The translations under genes and the position numbers were made by a program. This document shows, piece after piece, positions 1-14,200 of a stretch of 64,000 nucleotides of DNA. Under the pieces are notes generated by a model. It was given only the letters and a program-made list of their open reading frames with translations. It had not been told where the DNA came from and made no database searches. This stretch comes from Paraphysomonas bandaiensis. Taxonomy: Eukaryota; Protista; Chrysophyceae. The DNA lies in contig CBFFRP010000280.1 in the NCBI GenBank assembly GCA_965644295.1, positions 166,399 through 230,398 on the forward strand, written 5' to 3'. The stretch's first letter is position 1. Each line of letters opens with the position of its first letter.

Positions 1-1458
1 AGATTGTAACTCAGAGGGTACATTTGAACCATTTGTAGAATGTGAAGTTTCAATAGCGCGGCCCTCCGCCTGCATAACACGTATCCACATATGCTCGATG
101 ACTGCAGAAGATCCAATATCCAGGCCTAAGCCCTGAGTCAATTGGGACAGATCCCTCTCTCCAACTGATAGCATGCGATATGCCTGCTCCAACTTCCAGT
201 TACCTGCAGTTAGCTTTGGTAACAGTACGGACCCAACAAGGGTACAAAGTCTCTGGGAGGGATTAGAGGTCAAGAGTTTTGCTACCTCGTCGAACATATA
301 TGTGTTCTGCTTGATAAAACCTTGAACATTGGGCAACAGAGGGTACCTACGAGGCAAATCGACCGTTGTGTCTTCCCCAGTCACCGGGCCAGTTGATCGG
401 GTATGGAATTGAAACCCAGGTGAGCGCAGTTGGCTCAGACGAATGTGAATGTGCCTGAGAACCGCTCTAGAATTTGGACAAGTTAACAGGATGGGAAAAT
501 GGGTCTCTCCTTCAATCATGGCAGTGAATAGGGCACGAATATGGAGCTGTACTTCCCAGTGCTGCTCCTGGAGCGTCACCACACTGGGCTGCTGAACGAG
601 CTCTTCTAGTCGTTCCATCAAAGACGTCTGAACAGAAGATGATAGACTATTTGAACCCTCGCGTATCGCATCGAAGACTCGCCTGCAAAATGTAACGCAT
701 TGGTTCAAGGTGCTGGTAAAGTGATCCGATCGCGACAACAGTAGAACCACATTACGAGTAACCCCACATGAACATTGGGCATTCCGTCCACGTAGCATAT
801 CGCCGGGATGAACCTCATCGCACCCAGGGCACTTCCATTCTGCCGACATATCTAGACAAGACACAGGTGGCACGTCAGCTTCAAGTTTGTGTCGACAAAG
901 CGGACATTCGTGACTATTTTTAAGCCATGATACAATACCGGCACAATCTTCCTCTTCTGCTGCCTCGACCTCGCCTTTGTGATGAAAGTAATGACCACAT
1001 GGTAAATGTGTCACTGATTCACCGGAAACAAAATCAACCTGGCATATCGCGCAGGATGCTTTCTCCGGATCAGATATTAGTCCGGGCCGCATTTTTTCAA
1101 TAGGAAGTGCATCAATCACACTCTGCTTTGTAGCCGCCTGTTTACTGCTCTGCTCAGCTGCACTTGCAATAGCCAGGCGTAAAGCGTCCAATATATCAGC
1201 CCCATCGATCCCCTGGGCTGCCCTGGCAGCACGTATTTGCTCTCTTTGAGTCCTTGTTTCCGCAGGAGTCATTGCGCGAGTATTATGTGTCCTCCTATGG
1301 CCATTGGTTTCTACGGAACGCCCAAAGCAAGTATCACAGAGGTCGTAATCTGGACACTCTGTACAGTGATATCTTGTGCCTGTGAAGTTACTATGAGATC
1401 TTCGGCACCCGTCGCAAATAATTCCCTGGTGATAATCGATATCCGCTGGCGCTGTCAT
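1..1458 (-). CDS. ZZ zinc finger + RING-H2 E3 ubiquitin ligase-like protein (3' end runs off the window)
   Basis: Not in the ORF track because it has no stop in the window. Hand translation from the ATG at 1458 gives MTAPADIDYHQGIICDGCRRSHSNFTGTRYHCTECPDYDLCDTCF (ZZ finger), then CAICQVDFVSGESVTHLPCGHYFH...C.GIVSWLKNSHECPLCR (RING-H2). The frame stays open to base 1. Confidence 0.85.
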   Translation of the reverse strand, partial: MTAPADIDYHQGIICDGCRRSHSNFTGTRYHCTECPDYDLCDTCFGRSVETNGHRRTHNTRAMTPAETRTQREQIRAARAAQGIDGADILDALRLAIASAAEQSSKQAATKQSVIDALPIEKMRPGLISDPEKASCAICQVDFVSGESVTHLPCGHYFHHKGEVEAAEEEDCAGIVSWLKNSHECPLCRHKLEADVPPVSCLDMSAEWKCPGCDEVHPGDMLRGRNAQCSCGVTRNVVLLLSRSDHFTSTLNQCVTFCRRVFDAIREGSNSLSSSVQTSLMERLEELVQQPSVVTLQEQHWEVQLHIRALFTAMIEGETHFPILLTCPNSRAVLRHIHIRLSQLRSPGFQFHTRSTGPVTGEDTTVDLPRRYPLLPNVQGFIKQNTYMFDEVAKLLTSNPSQRLCTLVGSVLLPKLTAGNWKLEQAYRMLSVGERDLSQLTQGLGLDIGSSAVIEHMWIRVMQAEGRAIETSHSTNGSNVPSELQS

Positions 1459-1809
1459 TCAATGTTATAGGATGAATAAAGCGAATAATATAATAGTATT
1501 TCTCTCTTTAGAATACTCTACGTTAAGATGATACTTATACTTATGTGTTGTGTGTTGTGTTTGGATTATGACTCTTATGAAAATTAGAAAGATCGAACGG
1601 GTCTTGAAGGAAAGATATACTCCGGACATTTCCGTGTCCTGCAGTTCTAGAGCTATAAGGAATACCCTCAGTATTCCTGCGGTGGAGTGGATAGCAGAGA
1701 AAAGTACAAGAATTCTTTTTTTGGAATAATATTTCCTTAGGAATTCCTATGATTCCAATTCTCCCGTTTGCGGGTGTCACTTTTTGCCCGTACCGGCCGT
1801 TGTATTGCA

Positions 1810-2011
1810 ATGTATGTAGGTATGTATGTATGTATGTATGTATGTATGTATGTATGTATGTATGTATGTATGTATGTATGTATGTATGTATGTATGTATG
1901 TATGTATGTATGTATGTATGTATGTATGTATGTATGTATGTATGTATGTATGTATGTATGTATGTATGTATGTATGTATGTATGTATGTATGTATGTATG
2001 TATGTATGTAT
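1810..2011. repeat. (TATG)n tetranucleotide microsatellite, ~200 bp
   Basis: Directly visible; it produces the spurious MYVC/HTYI ORFs. Confidence 0.99.
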
Positions 2012-2148
2012 AGGTATATGGTATATACGTTATACATACTGTAGGTGGTATTCTGACCAGTTGTATTTGTATGTCCAGGCAATCCACTCTCATCCAGTGC
2101 TTATGATCACAGAATAATTCACACACACTCTCATTTACATTTGATCGA

Positions 2149-3995
2149 ATGGAGGACTCCAAAGTCGTGACGATAGGAGAGTGGCCAGTATGGAACATAC
2201 ACAAGACCTCCCCCCCTGTGGTCACTATGGAGGGATACGATATACAGAGTGTTCTCAGTATGATTCATACTCAACTGGTAGGTCTTTATTCTAATCAATA
2301 TAATGCCCTGATCTCGTGCTATAGCACACTCTCCGTGGAATATGTGTTGATCAAGCTCACGAAATAGAGAAACTTAAGCTAGGATCAAAGAAATCGAAAG
2401 ATCTCGTAACGAATCTTAATGATAAGGTTGCTGAACTCAAAGTACAAGTTATTCAACAGCAACAGCAAATCCAGAAGCAGGAACAACTTATGCTTGGTCA
2501 ACCTGATGAGTCGGGCAATGAAATCAACTTTGCTGTATTGAATCAGAGAGTTGAAGTTATTGAAAGTACTTTACAGTCGAGTGATTCCCTGAGTGGTGTG
2601 AATTCTGAGCTAGAGCAGCAGAAATCGAAGCTACAAGCCCTAGAAAGACGAATGGAAAATATTTGGCGTAATGCACAATCCAGAGAGCAAACCACTGAAA
2701 AACTTGAAAATAAACTTGAGAAGTTGAATAATCAGAACACGACAGTAGTCGAGGAAATGAAAGAAGTACGAGGCACGATTAATACTATTCGCCAGGGTAT
2801 TAGTCGTGCACAATCGATGGAGCGTATATTCGACTGTCCCTCTGGAGTGCCTACTTCACCGGATGAATTGGCCCATTCAAGTCCTGTACCTGGACAAAGC
2901 CAATCAACACTTACCACTCCAGTTGCCGCTACCGCAGGAAACGTTAATTCTGTTCCGACCCTCACGAGTCAGTCATCTATTGTCCATTCTGCATCTGACC
3001 AAGCGAATGAAATGATGTCGGGATTCTCAACTCCAGTACTCTCATTGCCAGGATATGTGGCATCTCGTTCAATGTCCGATCACGCACCTGTTGTCTCTAA
3101 AGAAGCTGGAGTCGGTCAAACTCCTCCGGACAGTAGTCGGAGGCGTCCTATGAGTGCAAAAACCCGCTGTAACGCCTCGACTGTCATTGGAACTCCGTCT
3201 GAGGATATTTTAGAAGTTCTTCCGGAGGAAGAACGTTGTGCCACCGAAAAACTAGGGGCGGTTCATGATGGTGGCATTGATGGGGTCAGGCCGCAAAAGG
3301 AAGATACATGCGACCAGCGAAGACTTGCTGATAATAATGAATTGGTTGCAACAAGTGCATCGAGAGAGCGAATGATAGTGACTGATAACAGTGGTCGCTC
3401 ACCCCATGAGGCTGGTTCTACCACTTTATGTTTGTCACCGCCTCCAGAAGTAGTTGAAAAGAGCAGGTCACATGATCAACACCAGACTGTCAATGCACCT
3501 GCACAGGAGCAACCTTCAGCCTTGCCTATGGATGGGCAGGTCTCGTCAACAGGTTACCACGGCGATATGTGGCGACTTGAGGCCATGATTGATAACTTTG
3601 CCGATCGACTAAGGAATGTGGAAACAATGGGCAATACACGGCATGCTGAAGTCATGGAGCAAATAAAAACTATGAAGCAGAAGTGGAATAGAAAATTCCA
3701 GTCAATGCACGAATGGGTAAAAGGAAAGGTGGGTGCAGTGAGTGGAGGGGGAAAAGGAGGAGGGAATGAAGCAGGAGAAGAAACCGATTATACGGTCAGC
3801 ATATTTCAATGTCCAGAGTGCTTTCGTATTTCGAGGATGTCACTAGGAGGATGTCTCTCTGCCTGTGATCACAAAGTGCTATCAAGATCATCCATTGATT
3901 TGCCTCCTATTGATAAAATTGACCCAAAGTACAGATTAGATTATCGCCCCAATTCGCAATCAGGGGAGATGTGGTGGAATATGATTCCACGATAG
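2149..3995 (+). CDS. Coiled-coil protein with long disordered middle, unknown function (intron ~2278-2324)
   Basis: ORF 2149 splices (gtaggt...tatag) in frame into the region upstream of the 501-aa ORF. It has a heptad-rich N-terminal part, an S/P-rich middle and a Cys cluster (CPEC...CLSAC) near the C-terminus. Confidence 0.7.
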
Positions 3996-5387
3996 CTAAA
4001 TTGATGCGATTGTTTTATCGTTGACTCACGACAGATAGAATTCGCTCTATATTGTCGAGCTTGTAATCGAAGTATGGCATATACTCAATACATGGGTATT
4101 AAGTATGACAAAACCTATTTCTGGACAAACTATAGTGGAAATGCCCCTTTATTGTAAAACTATGATTTTTTATACTATAGTTGTATAGAATATTTTTATC
4201 TAGAATTGAGTAAACTATAATTATCAATATGTGTATATGGTGTTCTTAACTCCTGTGATATCTATTTGGTATAGAGTGTCTTTGCATTGAAGCGAAATTA
4301 TGAATATGGCAGTCAGTAGCTTCTAGTTCCTGTCGATTTTATAGTTTGTGTGGACATTCCCCATATTTTATAAGTGTGCGTTATTAGCAATTATTTTTGG
4401 ATGTTGAATTCTGCTATACGTTATATTGAAGTGAGCTAGCAGCGCCCAATATCCAATATGCATCTGGGCCTGGTAATCATTAATGGTAGTTCAGTTCCCG
4501 GCAATTATAATGGTCATTAATACCTAAGTAGATAATACCGCTCATAATAGATAATAGATAGTGCGGTGCTCCCTGTTAGAATTGGACATTTCACTGAAGT
4601 TTATTAGAATATGGGTCTTATTCTAGTATATTCAGTATGTCACTTGAAGACAATGTACGAGAATACAGCGAAATGTAGTGATGTACAAATGCTGTGATGA
4701 TATTGAGAAACTGAAATAGTTTGATCTTTCAAGATATGTTTAGTGTTTACTAATAGTAGTGTTAACTAATAGTAACGAGTGGTTTGCATTTGTAGGAGAT
4801 TATGCGTGGATTAAAATGAGTTTGTGTTGTTCATGACAACTTCGTGTAAACGATATTAATGAATCTATCTAGTCTAACGACAAATTCTCTCTGAGATCTA
4901 GTTAACAATGAGCAATTTCCAACAAAGTTAACTTTTTGCTCTACACGTAGATCTTATTCTTGCGTTGTTGAACACAATTCACTCTCAAGTAAGAATTTAT
5001 AATTATTAATCTGCACTTCGCTACATATATATTCGCGTAACATCTGTTCTTAGTAACATCCTTCTATCATATGTTCACCAATCACACCTATTTCATATAT
5101 AGTCACACATCAGTAAAACTGAATTTAATTCCTTAGTAACTATAATCAACCGTTACCCCTATGAGTTGATTTCACCTATTGCACACTATTAACTCACTTC
5201 AATTGCACGATATCTATCACATCATATTTCAGAACTCAACACTCTCTTTATAACTAATTTAGTTAAAATACTAGTGTCACTGTGAAATGAACTCGTAGTT
5301 GTCGTGTAAATTCAGATACTAATGTATGACTATATACTATATATTATATCTATGTATAGTATATGCGATGTAAGAACGTATGATGAA

Positions 5388-5672
5388 TGCTACCCTCAAT
5401 AAAGTCGGACTCGCACCTTTGCGTGGTGTTCTGGAGGATAAGTACCGGAGATATTTCTCCGGGAAACTAACGTGAGCAGATATTGTTCTGTCCACTCACA
5501 GCCTAATGCTTGTGTGGTACAAGGGACAGTAATTGGTGTCACTAGTGTAGACGTCTTCGGGCCTTGGCGAATAAAAAGGCATCCGGGAATGGGTCTACCA
5601 TAAGAACATCCGGGTATTGGGCTGCCTACTGTAGTCAAGTACACGTCTATTGCTAATAATCAATAATTAGAC
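5388..5672. mobile_element. Internally deleted copy of dispersed repeat family A
   Basis: The core aaagtcggact...gtaccggagatatttctccgggaaactaacgtgagc...tattgggctgcctactg.agtcaag matches ~25983-26230 and ~59683-59990. It is followed directly by acgtctattgctaataat, the outer end of the right TIR of the 59-60 kb copy. Confidence 0.75.
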
Positions 5673-6199
5673 GTTTGCCACTGATAAATGTTACTGAGAG
5701 CAGATGTTACATGAATATGTTTCGAAGACTTGAGTTTCATTGTATGTATGATTTGGTTGAATAATAAATAATATATCTCAATATATTTTATTTGCGAATA
5801 GGAGCTCTCAGTTGAACCCAAATCGGTTTGAATAGAGCGTTTTTGAGACTAATATATTATAAACAATTCTGTTATTAGTACTATCTAGTGTTGAATTTTA
5901 AAGTGACTGCTGGTGTCAACAAGTGTGATGAATAACATAAATAAACACAAATAAAGTGATCCATACCTAGCACTGTTAATGCAGCCCAGTTTTCATAAAC
6001 ACTTCCACGCATAGATGTTGTTCAACAATTTTCATAGCCACGTAAACAAACACAAACAATATCAATCATTGTCCATATATAATACTACAACACACATACG
6101 TCGCGAATATTAGCGAGTATTACTGGGTGTCGACTTGATGACTACTGCGTCGGCTAATACGTCATGCCGCAGTCATGGGGCGTCCGAGTCATGTTAAAT

Positions 6200-7417
6200 T
6201 TAATCAAAAATATCGCTGACATTATATTTCCTCACCGACTCCTCAACACTGCTGATACTCGCTGCACTGTTTGCTCTCGACTTTGCGTGCGATCCGTCTT
6301 CTGACAATTCTCTACTTGCAGTTTTTGATTTAGAACCGCTCAGGACTCCCCTCATTCTGTCTTTCCACGAAGTGGTATGGGAGAGAGGGGATGCTAGAGG
6401 AGGTGATGAACCAAGTGGTGAACGAGAGAGCGGGCTGTCGCCTGGAGGTGATGGCTTGTCTCGAGCCAACGCAATTCCTCTGGGAAGCGGAGACCCACAA
6501 ACTTCAGAACAAGAATTATTATGCAGTAACTCAGGCACATTGATTCCTCCATTTGGAGATGTCATACTCTTGTGGTCACCAGTTCCATATTGAGAATATC
6601 CCCGTTGCTCTAATTCATACACCTCATCACCGTGTGCAGCAAACTCACACTCTTCTAATGCCCTCGATATTCCACTAAGGGTCCGCGATGGCACTGTTTC
6701 AGTGGAGTTTGCCTCTTTCTTCCGAGACTCAAAGAACTTCCTTACATCATTTCGAGATGCTACGTCATACGGAGTACGTCCGTCATGCCCTGCCACATCA
6801 TCTCTCGCTGATACAACCAAGACAAGAAAAGTTACAGCCTGGAGCTTTCCACCGGCCGCAGCATGATGCAACGCCGTGTAGCCATCCTTTTCGCTGCAAC
6901 TATTCGCGTCTACACCAAACTTCATCGTCAGCTCCCGTATGATTTCTACATGTCCTCCTGCGCATGCATAGTCCAGGGGACTGCGGCTGTTCTCGTCACG
7001 ACGAGAGAGTACGTATTTTTGGTCCGTAAGAGCCGCAAGTTCTTTCCTCAATCCTTCTAGGTCACCTATTCTGGCCATTTCACATGTTAAGAGACTTGAG
7101 CTGCTGCCTACATGCTTCCGAGATATAGTCTTATGTCGACTTATCCCCTCCAAAGCGTCAGAATTATCAGAGTAATCAATCTCACCCATCCCATTTCGAA
7201 TCTCCCTTCCCATCGCACTTCGAATGCGAGGAGGCAATCGCCCATTTTCAGCTAAAAGTTTCGACGATATGAGTTCTTGAAAAGCAACGGTATCCACTGC
7301 AGACTTCGAATACGAAAATCCACCGCTGTGTTTCCCTTTGGGACCACTGGCGCCATCCCGTTGAGTCCGTGCCATGAGATTAATAGCGGAGAAAAAGCTT
7401 TCAAACATTGAGAGCAC
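6200..7417 (-). CDS. Ankyrin repeat protein (5' end uncertain)
   Basis: SPLDYACAGGH, GYTALHHAAAGG and GRTPYDVA ankyrin repeats, with a Ser/Pro-rich tail. Confidence 0.85.
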   Translation of the reverse strand: MLSMFESFFSAINLMARTQRDGASGPKGKHSGGFSYSKSAVDTVAFQELISSKLLAENGRLPPRIRSAMGREIRNGMGEIDYSDNSDALEGISRHKTISRKHVGSSSSLLTCEMARIGDLEGLRKELAALTDQKYVLSRRDENSRSPLDYACAGGHVEIIRELTMKFGVDANSCSEKDGYTALHHAAAGGKLQAVTFLVLVVSARDDVAGHDGRTPYDVASRNDVRKFFESRKKEANSTETVPSRTLSGISRALEECEFAAHGDEVYELEQRGYSQYGTGDHKSMTSPNGGINVPELLHNNSCSEVCGSPLPRGIALARDKPSPPGDSPLSRSPLGSSPPLASPLSHTTSWKDRMRGVLSGSKSKTASRELSEDGSHAKSRANSAASISSVEESVRKYNVSDIFD

Positions 7418-8218
7418 AACGTAATCCTATATAATAAGAACGTTAGTAACAAAACATACTGATATCTGTGTAGACACAGTGAATCGTTTCTTACCTTTGT
7501 TCCCAGCGATGCCTCATCTTCCTCAACCCTCTCCCTCAACACATGGTCGAGGTGTGCCAAATGAAGATAAATGAAGCTTGTATATTTTGATACAAAAGGG
7601 TCTGGACGAACCCCCGAGTCGCAGTCATTACATATATTACAATATCTTCTGACGGGAAGGGCCTTTGTCTCTGTCTCATATGAGGGGTTAGTACACTCAC
7701 TGATATCCGATACACTCATGATCACCACAGAGATCTATAGACTACAACAACATTACTATATAACTACAAGGAGTATTCGAGCGGTGGTATGATAATTACT
7801 TGGCTTAGAGTATAGCCATACACTTATAAAGGCCATGTGCCAAATCCTATACAAGAATTTGCAATGAATTGTTCCATAGAAAACTATATGTAGAAAGTGC
7901 GTAGGAAAACACCATACTTCGTACTCTGTTGTATAGATCGATATCCCAAATACAGCGTATATGTGATGTATACCGGTATACATAAAGCGAAGTGAAAGTC
8001 TGTATAGAACCGAGCTTCTCATTGGTGCCAATCGACCACTTCAGCACTTCGTATCCTTCAACTCTATCAGGTATTCATATATATTACACACACAGGAAGT
8101 ACTAGTAGAGATCTCTAACTAGATATATGTATGTTTAATCGAGGTTAAGCACTACTTACTGGACCTGTTCATCTCTACTCCTCGACTCTCTGCTGTGCAC
8201 ATTCTTCCAATTCTCGAA

Positions 8219-11200
8219 ATGCAGCAGAGTCACCTGGATAGTTGTGCAGTGGCTCATATCCCTCAGTCTCCTGGATACTTTAAAGCAGAGGTATTTGAAT
8301 GGCAACGGTTCGTTCCTCTATATAGATGGAGGTTTTTCAAGTACACGAACACGGCGGGTGTGACCCTCCACGAGACAGACCTGAGTAACACATCTCCTCC
8401 ACGAGATATGATGTGGGCGTCAGAGTGGAGACAGACAGCACAGAAGAGTGATGAGGGTGATGGATGGTCGTATATTGCTACTCTAGAGCAACCTGTGGAA
8501 GCTGGAAAGCGTTTTTCGCTGCCTCATCGCAGGGGTTATCGAAAGCGACTCTGGACTCGCTTAATTCGATTTTCGAGTGTGATATCATCGGCAGCCGAGG
8601 TATTCTAGCGTGATACTATATGTATCAAATATTTATTTTGATGTATAAATAATATATCGACAGAAACAAAGTATACCCGAGATTCCTTCGCCTTATACGT
8701 TTCACATTCGCAACTCGCGTGACCAAAAACTGAAAGGCGGCACAGCTATTTCACATCCGGAATCGCCGGAAATAATTTATGCTGTAGTTTATGAAAATCA
8801 ACGCCTTGGGCGGGAAGGTAGCGACTTGATATGGAGTGCCCGTTTTCTATCTGGGAATGATTGGCCTGCGTTTTCCAATGAATCTGGGACACACAAGGTA
8901 TGCTCTGCTCACTCGCCACAGTTTGATCGTTAGATATAATTTTATATGACTACAGCTACCCTCACTCAGTGAGGTTGCGGTCCAGTGGGGATACGTGTGG
9001 GATGAGCCGTGGGTAGTGGAGCAGTTGAAAGGGCGGACTGACTCAAAGGGATTTTTTTATGCCCAGAGCTTTGCTGAGATGCCGAGGGCGATGACAGAGT
9101 TGGGGACGATAAAATCTAAAACGTCTGTCTGGTGCCGTTCCAGAAAATGGCGTCGGCGAATGACGGTACTCGTTATTGTCTGTTGCAGTGATTCTGAAAT
9201 GTGTTGCCTACAAGGAGTATTAAGTCTTGTGGCATTTTTACAATACGCTTAAAGTGAGTACTAATATTTGTTGTTTTATTGCTCTTCGCAGAGGCTTCGA
9301 ATTGCCGAAGAAAAAGAAATTGCAGTAGCAGGATCTCTTGGGCCTCCTCCCTTTACGTTGATTATTCGATTATTGCGTATATCTGATACAGAGCTCTCAG
9401 ATGGAGTTAAAGTTGAGATATCCGTAGGAAATTCCATCGTCGGCATCACAGATGGGAGTGAGGATTGTGCATGGAAGAATCAGGGCGAATTTTCTGTGGC
9501 ATTAACATCGCTTGTACCAGTGAGTCTACGATTTACTGTGACGCAAGAAAGTTACAAAAACAGGCATCGATCAGGGCTCATTGGGCGCGCCGTAGACGAT
9601 AACCTCATGTACAATAAGTTGTGGACATGTGTCAACAGGTTTTATTTTGACGCTATATTGCATTCTTAACATGTGATATCAGGAAGGTTACCGTACGCCT
9701 TCCCATCTACCCTGAAAGTAATTTACGATCATCTGGTATTCTGGAGGTGGAGTTGGAGCTAAACGAGCGGTATTTATTTTATCTATCGTCGTCAACTGAT
9801 GCATTATCCACTGCTATCACTCATTTCCCTGAAATCGATCAATCTCCCCAAGACTACCTCGCCAGATTATTAAGTCAGTACTGTAAACATTTAGAATTTT
9901 TTCGAAAATATCCTGATAATGTATCATCTTGGATGAGAAGCCTAATACCACGTGCAGACGGAACGCCATTCCTTATGGCGACGTCTAGGTCTGACCTAGC
10001 TGATATATTTTCTCCCTCTCTGTATACAGATGTACATGACTTTGTATACCATCTTTTTCCGCTCTCTACGTTGGTGGTGAAGGAATCACTACTACAACTA
10101 ACAGAATTCGGTCTTTGCTCTGCTGATAATGAATTATGCGAGAACCGTGGTCTACAAGTACCAGTCTACCGCAGCTTATTTCATATTGCTCGCAGAGTTG
10201 AAGCAATTGACAGTGATAGTAGCCTGCAGTGGACATCAACGCTTGTTACTCAAGACAAACTGTCTCACACGTTTTGCTGGGATAATGAGTATGGATATTT
10301 GCGGTGGATGCGATTTATCGGAAACTCGTTACGCACACACACCGTAGATGTGGAAATAAGTTGCATGAAACTGAATTCAGAATTCGAACGTAAACCAGTA
10401 ATTCTGTGCTGCCGGGCAGCAGACGATGATTATACGGTGTCCTGGCGTGAATGTAAAACAGAAAATAATACTGGATCAGTTTCACGCTGCTACAGTGTCT
10501 CAGATATCCGATTGGTTAAATCAAGTTTAGACTATGAATACTTGACAACGTATGCTCTAGATGTCGACGTTACTTCGTTTGCCGTTTTAGAAGCTCCTCC
10601 GGGCGCAACTGTGATGATTACGTTACTATCACCGAATGGGCAAAGCCAACGTTTGTGCACCAGAAGTACTCATTCGCACGAAATGCCCAGTGCATACGAC
10701 GATAATGTTGGAAATGTGCGATTTTTTCTATCACCGGGTGATGTATGCGACGGTGACATCATAGCCTCTATCCATATTTGTTACAGTAGTAATATTGCTA
10801 TGCCCCATACAATTGGGGAACTTCGTGTTCCCATTCGCGAACTTGTACGAAATAGCCTTTTTGGATCTGATTGCTCCGATGCACCAAAGAAAGAAGCACA
10901 ATCTCAACCTGAAAAGTCCCAGCGATCAGGCTTTGATGACTCTCAACTGAGTTTGAATGTGCCAACTTACCACCACTATAGCTTAAGTCCTCCACGACAT
11001 GCTATTAGGTATGACGCTATTATGCTTTCATGACCTCACGCGTGTATCAGTTTTACGTTCGTGAAGGGAGAAAGATTGCTTGGAGTAAACTTGGATAAAA
11101 CATCGGATCCGTACTGCATTCTTCAGTTTACAGATTATATCGGAAATCCAGTATCTCAGAGAACATTCAAAACGAAAAGTATAGAAAGAAATTTGAATCC

Positions 11201-14200
11201 GGAGTGGAAGCAAACAGTTGTGTGTGGCTCTGAGTATGGCTTTTTAACTGCTGCATTTGCCCACATTGAGGTGAATATGAATACATTTAAATTTCCATAA
11301 AATAACAATCTATAGATATGGGACAAAGACATTGTGACATCAAACTCATGTTTGGGTGAAGTTTACATCCCGCTGCAAGAAATCTCTGAGGAAATGCGTG
11401 AAGTAAGATACGATATTCTTTGGAGCCCTAAAATGGGAAATCTTTCCCGTACAAGTGGGTAATTTTATCTAATTATATTTTGTATCACAGCTTTTATTTT
11501 ATAGAGGAGGCCTCTCTGGGTTCGTTGTACATTGGGAGTAAAGTTATTTATCCTTCGACATCTCTTCCGGGTATTATAAAGTTTTGTGTTGCTGACTGAT
11601 TAATATGCATGTAGGACACAGCAAGATTTCGTGTTACGGAGAAATAACCGTGTCGTCGAGTTTATCTGTGTGAGGCGTTTGTTTCATGTCACCATTTGGT
11701 ATCGTAACCTGTGATGTGTAGTCCTGTAGCCACATCCGCTATATGGATGTGCCGCGTAATTTCAGAACATCGATCATGTCGAATGTTACAAGATACGTCT
11801 TTAAATTTTTCCAAGTTGTTTGGGTGCATTGTTCGTCGAAATTCCCCTGGGCTGCGTATTGTTCCGTGTGATTCTTTTGCTAGACCTTCACATGGTGAAA
11901 AATATCGGCATGAACACAACAGGTTGAATGATAGCTATTACCCTTTGCGTATGGATGAGTTTCGTTGCAGAGTACATCCGCCACGAAAGCACACGTCACC
12001 TAAAGAAGACGATGGGGCAGCTGAGTATATTAGAAGCTGCAAGGAAGCAACTAAAGATGGGATTATAATTCCATGGTGCCAGGTTTTGTCTGTTGGATTG
12101 TGATGTTGTAGTTAATAACCTTTCAATTAGGTTTCTGATGTGGAACTTGTGTCGCCACACAGTGTTATTGTCACTGCTATTATTCACCGATGTTTTTCAC
12201 GTGAAACGGATTTGGTATATAGAGCAGCTAAGGTCGAATTTCTTGTAGGCCCTTGTCCAGCATATAGGTATGTATATGCACTCAGTTGATTGTGGCATGT
12301 GCTTACGGATCAACACTGGCAGCTTGAACTTGTTAATACAAGAGAGTATCAGTTGGGTGAGTCCTATTTATAGTGTTGGGAGCTGCCGGGATGATCGTGA
12401 AGGGGACAGGCAGATGTTGTGCGAAATAGCTGACGCAATTTACGAATCATTTTTGTACCTCAATCATCTTCGGAGCAAATGGAGTAATAATATTTCTGGC
12501 AGCAACAAAGCGATGCTATCACTGATGCAAAGACAGTATTTTCGCTGCAGCATGATTATAAATTCACGCAAACCTAGCTATTCCCAACTTCGCATCGCTG
12601 AGACATGGAGCTGTGGATTGTCACGGCACATCAGTTTATTGGTTGCACTATATTCGCTTATATATCAGTGCTCAACACTTGCTGGGTTTGAACCCAGTTA
12701 TAATGAAGACGCTATTGAAACCTGGGTCGACAGCAGTGGTGCGGCGTTTGGCTGTCAAGCATATGACGATGCGAACAGCAATCCGGAAATCATTGGGCGT
12801 CAGTCGAAGTTGTTAGAATCCGATATGGAGAAAGTTCGAGAGTTTATGAATGTTGTTGGTGGATATTTATTAGATCTTATATTATGCAGCTGGTTCCATT
12901 TAATTGAACCAAAAGCATCAACAGTCAGGGAAGAATTTGCGGATCGAATTTCTTTAGAATTTAATGCCCGCCCTCAACTGGCATCGCTGTTAGAAATTGG
13001 TATAAATGGGTGCTATAATAGAGTGGTTAGTCTCATCGGAAGGTTTGTTGATTCGGGAAACTTTGAGAAGCTATCCGGTCAACAGAGTAAATTGAGTTTA
13101 ATTGCGTTTGTAGTACACCAAAACAATGGACTAATGGACGTTTTGACTAATACTTTATCAGCTATTGGGCTACGCTTCTCTCAACAACCGAAATTATCTG
13201 TGGCACTAAATATAGAAAGCTTGTTAGGCCGTTTTGCGTATGTGCTATCCTCAGAGTTGAAGTTATATGTGTCACGTGCGTTGGAGCCGGAGTCAATGGA
13301 TTCACCTCTGCCGTGGTCCGTTGCTGCTATTGACGGTGCCGTCTATGTTGGGCCTCTACCTGAATCTATTAACAATCTTTTTCTAACGTATCTGCGCATG
13401 CTGACGCCCATGTCGATGTGCAGCAATTGCAGTAGTCTGACACACATATTGAAATTAAATCATCTTATTATAAAAGCTGTTTTGAATTCATATTTTTTAT
13501 TGACATGCCGATTGAGTGAGGTATTGAAGAACTGTGGAGATACAATTGGAGATAGCTTGGCCGACGTCAGCAGTGATACCGTTAGCGATTTTCTGTATTT
13601 TTTATGCAGTGTTGCTAATGACTGTTGTAGAGTGAGCAATACTCACTTATCATTGTTATTGAAGCAATATTCTCTTTGTTTAGCTGTTACGGATGAGTAT
13701 GACGATAATGAGCGCAATCTATCGTCTGAACTACAGGATGATATCAACAGTATTAGAAATGAATTACGGTCAGAGTTAGATCGCGTATGTTGGACAGCGG
13801 TAGAGCTTGTCACGAAAATGATATTTATGGATATAGGAGATCTATTTATCGATGGATTTGAGAGCATCTTAACTGAATCGTTTCCGTTGGAGTCGATATT
13901 AACAACTCTAGAAGATTATTTTGGAGACCTCAAAGTTTCCCTGATGCCTGATTGCATGTCGATGATGCTGCTCTCTTGTGGCCACAAGTTAGTTCACAGG
14001 TATGGACAATGCACGTTGTGCAGAGGATAAATTGTATTTATGGTAGGTACATATTATTTTTGTACGATTATGCGAGAGGAATAAAGAGAGTTCACGGTTA
14101 TGATACGAGCATGGTATGTATTTGGAATACTGTACTCACAGCTATCTTCAATCGTGAGTAATATTTGTTTGTGGTTTAGGTTTTTTTTCCAGTCTTAGCT

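Noticed and set aside
1737-2225. HTYI/MYVC ORFs
   Set aside because: Artefacts of the (TATG)n array.
5436-5475. Hammerhead ribozyme in the family A core (stem followed by GAAAC)
   Set aside because: No CUGAnGA directly 5' of the stem in any of the three copies.
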